20,000 bases of DNA. Source: an uncultured virus (IMG/VR IMGVR_UViG_3300017923_000003). Its lineage: Duplodnaviria > Heunggongvirae > Uroviricota > Caudoviricetes. Of the stretch, positions 15,247-20,000 are shown piece by piece; within the stretch, counting starts at the first letter, position 1, and each line of letters opens with the position of its first letter. The stretch lies in IMG/VR virus record IMGVR_UViG_3300017923_000003, positions 57,544 to 77,543 of that record; one strand, 5' to 3'. The position numbers and the translations under genes were made by a program. The notes beneath the pieces were generated by a model. That model was not told where the DNA came from and did not search any database. It saw only the letters and a program-made list of their open reading frames with translations.

Positions 15247-18060
15247 TTAGTAATTTAGTATTTTCATATATTGGTTATATACAAATTTATCTTCGTGTGG
15301 TTTCTCTATAGGTATTTCAGATCTTAATATAACATCATAAATACCATCATGTTCTGTTTCACATATCTTAACATGTAATGATTCTATTTCTCTGATACAT
15401 GGTACCATTCTTGGGTTTAGGTTGATAGTTATAATCTCACCTTTTTTATTTTTAAAATCCAACCTTCTAGATAACCTATCTGTTAATTTTAATTTACGAA
15501 CATTTTCTTCATCGACCTCACCACTGAAAATAACTGACCCATTAATATCTGGTATCTCTTTAACCTTTACCTGTTCTTCATATATATAGTTTGCAACGTT
15601 ACCTCTTCTATCTGTGTATATTGGTTCATCAATCTCAAAGACATCTGTAAGTTTCTTACCACTTTCAAGAAAGTATTCTATAACAGTACCAGTGTATCTA
15701 ATATAATTTCTCTTTTCATCACCAATGTAGAACATACCGTTTGTTTTATATAAACCAGTATCTAAATCTTTGTCATTCAACATAGATGAATCAAGTTGGG
15801 ATAAAATAGAAAGTAATGGTCTTAATTTGTTTTTAACTATCTTTACTTCATAGTCGTCATGCGAATCAACTAGACTAACTTCCTTTTGAGATATATTATT
15901 TAAGATAAAATCCAAATCAGTTAGATTCGGAAGATTAAAAAATATCTCTCCTATTTCTATAATGTTTCTTTGTATTAAAGAAATGATAGCCCTTTCACCT
16001 ATTTTTGATGTGATGTTTTTAATATAAATCTGGATTATTTCTATGGTGTGTTTTAAATCCTTTTTATCTTTATCTGGAAAAGCTTTTTCAAAGTCTTCTT
16101 TATCTATCATGGAACCATTAAAGTATTTAAATATCTTTCTTAAATTTGGTGTATCCTCTTTTTCTTCTTTAAAACCGTAATCTTCAAGAACACTCATAAT
16201 ATCGATATCTATAGATTTATTGGCAAGTTCTTTATAATCAAAATATTTGATAGCCCTATACATTTTAAGAAACTTATTTCTTTGGAACTTATTATTATTT
16301 GATTTAGAACGCATCTTTTTAATAGCTGCCCAATCATCCCTACTTATTATCAACCTACCATTTACTGTTTTAGTTTCTTTATAAACTAAGTCATGAAATT
16401 CATCTATCCATATTAACTTACCAACCAAAGTTGTCTTAGTTATATTGTGGGATATCAAATTATTAGGATACATAGAAGATGCATCTGCATCAATTACTGT
16501 TTCAAATACTTTCTTATTATTTAATAGTGGTAAAAGTTTTATCCCTTTTCTTGTAACTTTATTTGGGTCAGTACATAAACCACCCTGGATTCTATCACCA
16601 TTTTTAATAGACATAATAATATCATAGGTTACTCTGTCTTCTTCCTTTAGGATCTCTACCTGTTTATCGGACAACTTTAAAAGAAGTTTATTAACTTCAT
16701 TAGAGAGTATCTGACCATTTCTTTCTCCCATATGGAAAAAAGCATTCATAACTTGAGCCATAGAAGTAAAAAGCTGATCGTATTCTGTTCTTGTTGTAAA
16801 CCGTTTAGATACCATTGTCTTAGTATCTTGTGTAACATCCTCTATAAATGGCATAACCAAAACATCACGAATGTTGTATTTAGTTGTGGTATAAAAATCT
16901 CTATAAGGTAAATCACCAATGTGGTCACAGATATGAGAATAGTCTAGTTTACCAACACCAAGATTATCTTTAGCAACAGTATCTAACTTATAACTTGTAA
17001 AAGATGATGCACCCCTTATAGCATGATAGGTTATAAACATATCCATTATCTTGGTATAAGATGCACATTCATAGTTATGCTTTCTATCCTCTGGTGGGAA
17101 GGTGTTATCTCTAATTCTAAAGTCAACATAATCTCCGACATCAGGGTGGCAGAAAATGCTAGATGGTTTGATATTTAATTTATCACAACGGTTTAGAGTT
17201 TGTCCTATATCTGCACTGGTGTTATATGCATATAGAAAATCAGGCATATAGTCTCTAATTATCATTTTATAAAAATCACGAATCATTCTCTGTTCACTAC
17301 CATAGGATTTAAGTTCGTATTTAATATTATCTAATCTTTTAAATATCGTCTCTTTTACCTGCTGTTCTTCTTTGGCATTTTTTAAAGATAGTTTACTAAA
17401 ATCTTCTTTAAGTTCTTTTTTCAATTCTTTAATAAATTTCTTATGACCCTTATCTTTAAGAAGTTTATCCTGATATTTATAATTCTTATCTTCAAGATAA
17501 AATGTATGACAAACATTCTCTTTAGAATCAAAATATGTCATAAGATAAATAGGATAATCAGCTTCATCATCACTATCAACTCTGATATCCCACTCAAGGT
17601 CAAAAAAGCCTATGTGTAGATTTTTAATTGGTGGTTCATCAGGGTAAGTCATATTACCTTCTTTATCTTCTTTACCCATTGAATCAAGATAGTCCATGAT
17701 GGTTCTATCTGTCAATCTAACATCAGCTCCGAATAATCTTTTATCTAAATAAATCTGCTCTTTTTTAATATGCTTTTTTCTTACATCGTTAGTAAAGCCG
17801 TCATAACCTATTAACCTTGCAAGGTCCCATTCTCTCCATCTATATGAGACATCGTGTTTTTCAAGGTCTTCTACATCACGATACTCCATAAAATAATCTG
17901 GTACTTCAACATTATCTTTAACTTTATATATAGGTATAGTTGGATTATTTATTTTATAAACTTTCTTTTCATCAGTCTCTACATTCTTCATTAATATATG
18001 GTGTCTATTTTTATTTCTATCAAAATAGTTATTAAGCAGTAACATATTTTCATTGCTCAC
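15247..18060 (-). CDS. Family B DNA polymerase, N-terminal subunit (3'-5' exonuclease + motif A) of a split enzyme
   Basis: ExoI IGFFDLEWD, ExoII YAYNTSAD, SYKLDTVAK..LG..KLDY, ExoIII YNIRDV, IQGGLC.DP, motif A DADASSMYPN..ISHNI..TT. No KxxxNSxYG or YGDTDS. GTG 18060 is preferred as start because it is 8 nt from GGGGAG. Confidence 0.85.
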   Translation of the reverse strand: MSNENMLLLNNYFDRNKNRHHILMKNVETDEKKVYKINNPTIPIYKVKDNVEVPDYFMEYRDVEDLEKHDVSYRWREWDLARLIGYDGFTNDVRKKHIKKEQIYLDKRLFGADVRLTDRTIMDYLDSMGKEDKEGNMTYPDEPPIKNLHIGFFDLEWDIRVDSDDEADYPIYLMTYFDSKENVCHTFYLEDKNYKYQDKLLKDKGHKKFIKELKKELKEDFSKLSLKNAKEEQQVKETIFKRLDNIKYELKSYGSEQRMIRDFYKMIIRDYMPDFLYAYNTSADIGQTLNRCDKLNIKPSSIFCHPDVGDYVDFRIRDNTFPPEDRKHNYECASYTKIMDMFITYHAIRGASSFTSYKLDTVAKDNLGVGKLDYSHICDHIGDLPYRDFYTTTKYNIRDVLVMPFIEDVTQDTKTMVSKRFTTRTEYDQLFTSMAQVMNAFFHMGERNGQILSNEVNKLLLKLSDKQVEILKEEDRVTYDIIMSIKNGDRIQGGLCTDPNKVTRKGIKLLPLLNNKKVFETVIDADASSMYPNNLISHNITKTTLVGKLIWIDEFHDLVYKETKTVNGRLIISRDDWAAIKKMRSKSNNNKFQRNKFLKMYRAIKYFDYKELANKSIDIDIMSVLEDYGFKEEKEDTPNLRKIFKYFNGSMIDKEDFEKAFPDKDKKDLKHTIEIIQIYIKNITSKIGERAIISLIQRNIIEIGEIFFNLPNLTDLDFILNNISQKEVSLVDSHDDYEVKIVKNKLRPLLSILSQLDSSMLNDKDLDTGLYKTNGMFYIGDEKRNYIRYTGTVIEYFLESGKKLTDVFEIDEPIYTDRRGNVANYIYEEQVKVKEIPDINGSVIFSGEVDEENVRKLKLTDRLSRRLDFKNKKGEIITINLNPRMVPCIREIESLHVKICETEHDGIYDVILRSEIPIEKPHEDKFVYNQYMKILNY

Positions 18061-18076
18061 TGTATTCACTCCCCTT

Positions 18077-18088
18077 CAAAAAATTGTT
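18077..18088 (-). promoter_or_regulatory. AACA-N6-TG putative late-type promoter of the DNA polymerase subunit
   Basis: Minus strand CCACAACAATTTTTTG shares the 15-mer CCACAACAATTTTTT with the 7902 site. Confidence 0.7.
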
Positions 18089-18096
18089 GTGGATAT

Positions 18097-18125
18097 AAAA
18101 AAATAAGCAGAGGATTAACTCTGCT
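18097..18125 (-). terminator. Intrinsic terminator overlapping the stop of the 68-aa gene
   Basis: AGCAGAG(18106-18112)-GATTAA-CTCTGCT(18119-18125), with an A-run at 18097-18103. Confidence 0.7.
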
Positions 18126-18321
18126 CACTGTGAACTGTTAGTCTATGGATTAACTGCCAACCGTGTAATAATATGTAGACAATTATTCCAACCTTAACAT
18201 CAACTGGGTCATCATCCCAACCAACCTTATCTCCTAACTTATAAATGGTTAAAGGTATTGCCATCACACCACCAATAAAATAAACTATTAAACCAACAAA
18301 TAAAACTTTAAGTATCAACAT
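18115..18321 (-). CDS. Small membrane protein (two hydrophobic segments), probable early gene
   Basis: AAGGAGA RBS; hydrophobic stretches VLFVGLIVYFIGGVMAIPL and VGIIVYILLHGW. Confidence 0.7.
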   Translation of the reverse strand: MLILKVLFVGLIVYFIGGVMAIPLTIYKLGDKVGWDDDPVDVKVGIIVYILLHGWQLIHRLTVHSEQS

Positions 18322-18371
18322 TTTTTATCATCTCCTTAGTATTTTTTTATATGTAGTTTTCTTTCACCTTT

Positions 18372-18388
18372 ATAATATATAACTATAT
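18372..18388 (-). promoter_or_regulatory. Putative early-type promoter (ATATAGTTATATATTAT)
   Basis: 16/17 identical to 15030-15046. Confidence 0.55.
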
Positions 18389-18410
18389 AAAGGATAGTTT
18401 TATTGTTATA

Positions 18411-18422
18411 AACAAATAAATA
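18411..18422 (+). promoter_or_regulatory. AACA-N6-TA putative late-type promoter
   Basis: AACA AATAAA TA, 29 nt upstream of ATG 18451. Confidence 0.65.
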
Positions 18423-18450
18423 TATGGAAAATCAAAAGGAGGAGACTTAA

Positions 18451-19425
18451 ATGATTCTTAATAAAGGTATGAGAGAACTTGGATTAAACTCCAATAAATC
18501 TATGGATGACTATATGGAGTATGTCGAAGTTCTAGAACCTAAAAAGAAAAACGAAAAATCTGATATAGAAAAAAGATTTAAAAAATCTATTAAGGATTTA
18601 AATAAAGTACAAAAACAAATAGACTCAGCAGCTAATGAAGTTAAACATAGAATACGTGAAGTAAGAAAAGAACACGGTAACCAACTGGTATATGAAAAAG
18701 ATATGTATCAGACTTTAACTTCTCTTTTAACTTCCAAGATAACTGCTATAGATAAGAAATCTTCAATCACTAAAAATATCATTGATCTTGAAATGAAAGA
18801 AAAGAAACTTAATCAAAAAGATGTTGGTGGTGTTGGTAATGACCCTCGTGATATGCGTGGCACATATGCTCAATTTTTCTCCAATGAATCAGCTGACACA
18901 CCACAGTTAAATGGTTCTTTTTTAACCAATCCTGAAAAAAATAGAAGACAAACCAAAAGAAGACCCACAAGGACTGAACCGAGAAAAAGAACTAAAGAAG
19001 ATATAACTAATACAACACAACCAAAACCAAATAAAGCTTTAGATGAAAATAAACCAAAATGTGATCCAGAAAAGGATAAGAAAAAAAGTTCCGGAAATAT
19101 AAATGCTGACCTGGAAGAGCAGTACGGAATCAATTATGGTTCATCTGCTGCTAATCTAAGATATAAAGACAAAGACTTAAAAGAAGTTATGCACCTTGAC
19201 CTAGAAGAAGAAATTTACTGGATAGAAGTGCAAGATGAAGAAGGACACACAATAAGTGATGCTAGAAAGAAAAACATAGAAACACTTGGTGACATTAATT
19301 TGAATATGGATGAAGGTGTAGTTACAGACTCATTAAATAATTCTTATGAGTTTGTAGAAGATAAAAAAGAAAATATGCCAGAACACTATAGAGAGCAATG
19401 GAGACAAAAAGGAAAAGAAGTATAA
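18451..19425 (+). CDS. Hypothetical protein: N-terminal coiled coil, basic disordered linker, acidic C-terminal domain
   Basis: 324-aa ORF with strong AAGGAGGAG RBS. Confidence 0.75.
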   Translation: MILNKGMRELGLNSNKSMDDYMEYVEVLEPKKKNEKSDIEKRFKKSIKDLNKVQKQIDSAANEVKHRIREVRKEHGNQLVYEKDMYQTLTSLLTSKITAIDKKSSITKNIIDLEMKEKKLNQKDVGGVGNDPRDMRGTYAQFFSNESADTPQLNGSFLTNPEKNRRQTKRRPTRTEPRKRTKEDITNTTQPKPNKALDENKPKCDPEKDKKKSSGNINADLEEQYGINYGSSAANLRYKDKDLKEVMHLDLEEEIYWIEVQDEEGHTISDARKKNIETLGDINLNMDEGVVTDSLNNSYEFVEDKKENMPEHYREQWRQKGKEV

Positions 19426-19466
19426 AAAAATAATCCCGAGGGTATAATCCCTCGGGGTTTATATTT
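19425..19466. terminator. Bidirectional intrinsic terminator
   Basis: CCCGAGGG(19435-19442)-TATAAT-CCCTCGGG(19449-19456) between convergent stops, with A-run and T-rich flanks. Confidence 0.85.
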
Positions 19467-19469
19467 AAT

Positions 19470-20000
19470 TTAGAAAGGATAATCATCATCACTTTCGATG
19501 TCTTCTTTACCCCCACTGCTTTTACCTTTAGATGATCCACCTGATTTAGAACCACCACTACTACCATTGATTTCCTCAAAGTATTTCTTGTAATGAGAAT
19601 CAAAGGATGTGTTTACTCTATCATAGGTATTTTTAATAGCATCTCTGAATGTTTCAAGTAAAATTAATCCTTTAGTCTGTTCATCATCTAATACTTTATT
19701 TGATGGGAATTTAATAAGTAGTGCTTTAGAATCATCCTGGTTTCCATTGCTATCTTTTGGTACCAGTTTAGCAGCAATATATAATCTGCCGTTTTTTTCT
19801 TTAGCTAGAATATAGAAGTCACTCTTAGAGCCTTTCATGTATCTTTCTCTGGAGTAGTTTCCTTCTTTGATATCTCTTATTACTAATTCGATCATCCTGG
19901 CTAGTATTGGCATATCATCCTGTCTACACCAGAAGTTACCCTTGTTATTCCAATAGGCTCCTTTACCTTGATTCTGCTCCTGAAAGAAAATTATGAACCC
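19470..20000 (-). CDS. Probable single-stranded DNA-binding protein; 5'-truncated by the window
   Basis: Frame is open to nt 20000 (GFIIFFQEQNQGKGAYWNNKGNFWCRQDD-MPIL...). Gly/Ser/Lys linker followed by the acidic tip DIESDDDYPF, like the SSB DDDIPF tail. Confidence 0.55.
   Translation of the reverse strand, partial: GFIIFFQEQNQGKGAYWNNKGNFWCRQDDMPILARMIELVIRDIKEGNYSRERYMKGSKSDFYILAKEKNGRLYIAAKLVPKDSNGNQDDSKALLIKFPSNKVLDDEQTKGLILLETFRDAIKNTYDRVNTSFDSHYKKYFEEINGSSGGSKSGGSSKGKSSGGKEDIESDDDYPF

Noticed and set aside
15760..16240. KELANKS as PolB motif B and DLDTG as motif C
   Set aside because: Missing the NSxYG and YGDTDS context, and the spacing is implausible.
18395..18407. Additional minus-strand AACA promoter
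   Set aside because: Spacing is N7 (AACA ATAAAAC TA), unlike the six N6 sites.
703..19603. Short antisense or overlapping ORFs in the six-frame track (e.g. 1741-2265, 9419-9721, 12659-12919, 18870-19133, 19322-19603)
   Set aside because: They are shadows of long genes, with Ser/Phe/Leu-biased composition and no recognisable motifs.
1..20000. CRISPR array, tRNA/rRNA genes, IS elements, DGR template repeats
   Set aside because: No regularly spaced direct repeats, cloverleafs, transposase or reverse transcriptase motifs seen; intergenic gaps are short and mostly explained by promoters, RBSs and terminators.

Overview
AT-rich, densely coding segment that reads as a jumbo myophage genome of the phiKZ/AR9(PBS1)-related type, probably infecting a Gram-positive (Bacillota-like) host given the strong GGAGGTG/AGAGGTGA ribosome-binding sites. 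It contains: the 3' part of a giant tape-measure-like protein with two intact C39-like cysteine peptidase domains; a probable baseplate/tail-tube-type protein; a RusA-like resolvase; an acidic probable head/core protein; a GH13 alpha-amylase; a three-gene cluster that jointly encodes one GLUG-type beta-helix; the exonuclease + motif A half of a split family-B DNA polymerase; and the 3' end of an SSB-like gene. Intergenic regions show two promoter classes. Six AACA-N6-T(A/G) motifs match the AR9 non-virion RNAP late consensus, and two near-identical 17-mers containing TATATTAT resemble early promoters. GC-stem terminators separate the units. The most unusual element is 12141-14486: a beta-helix split over three separately translated genes, carrying two apparently homologous ~165-175 aa loop insertions and an orphan LPNTG motif. 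All family calls come from motif recognition by eye; no searches were run.
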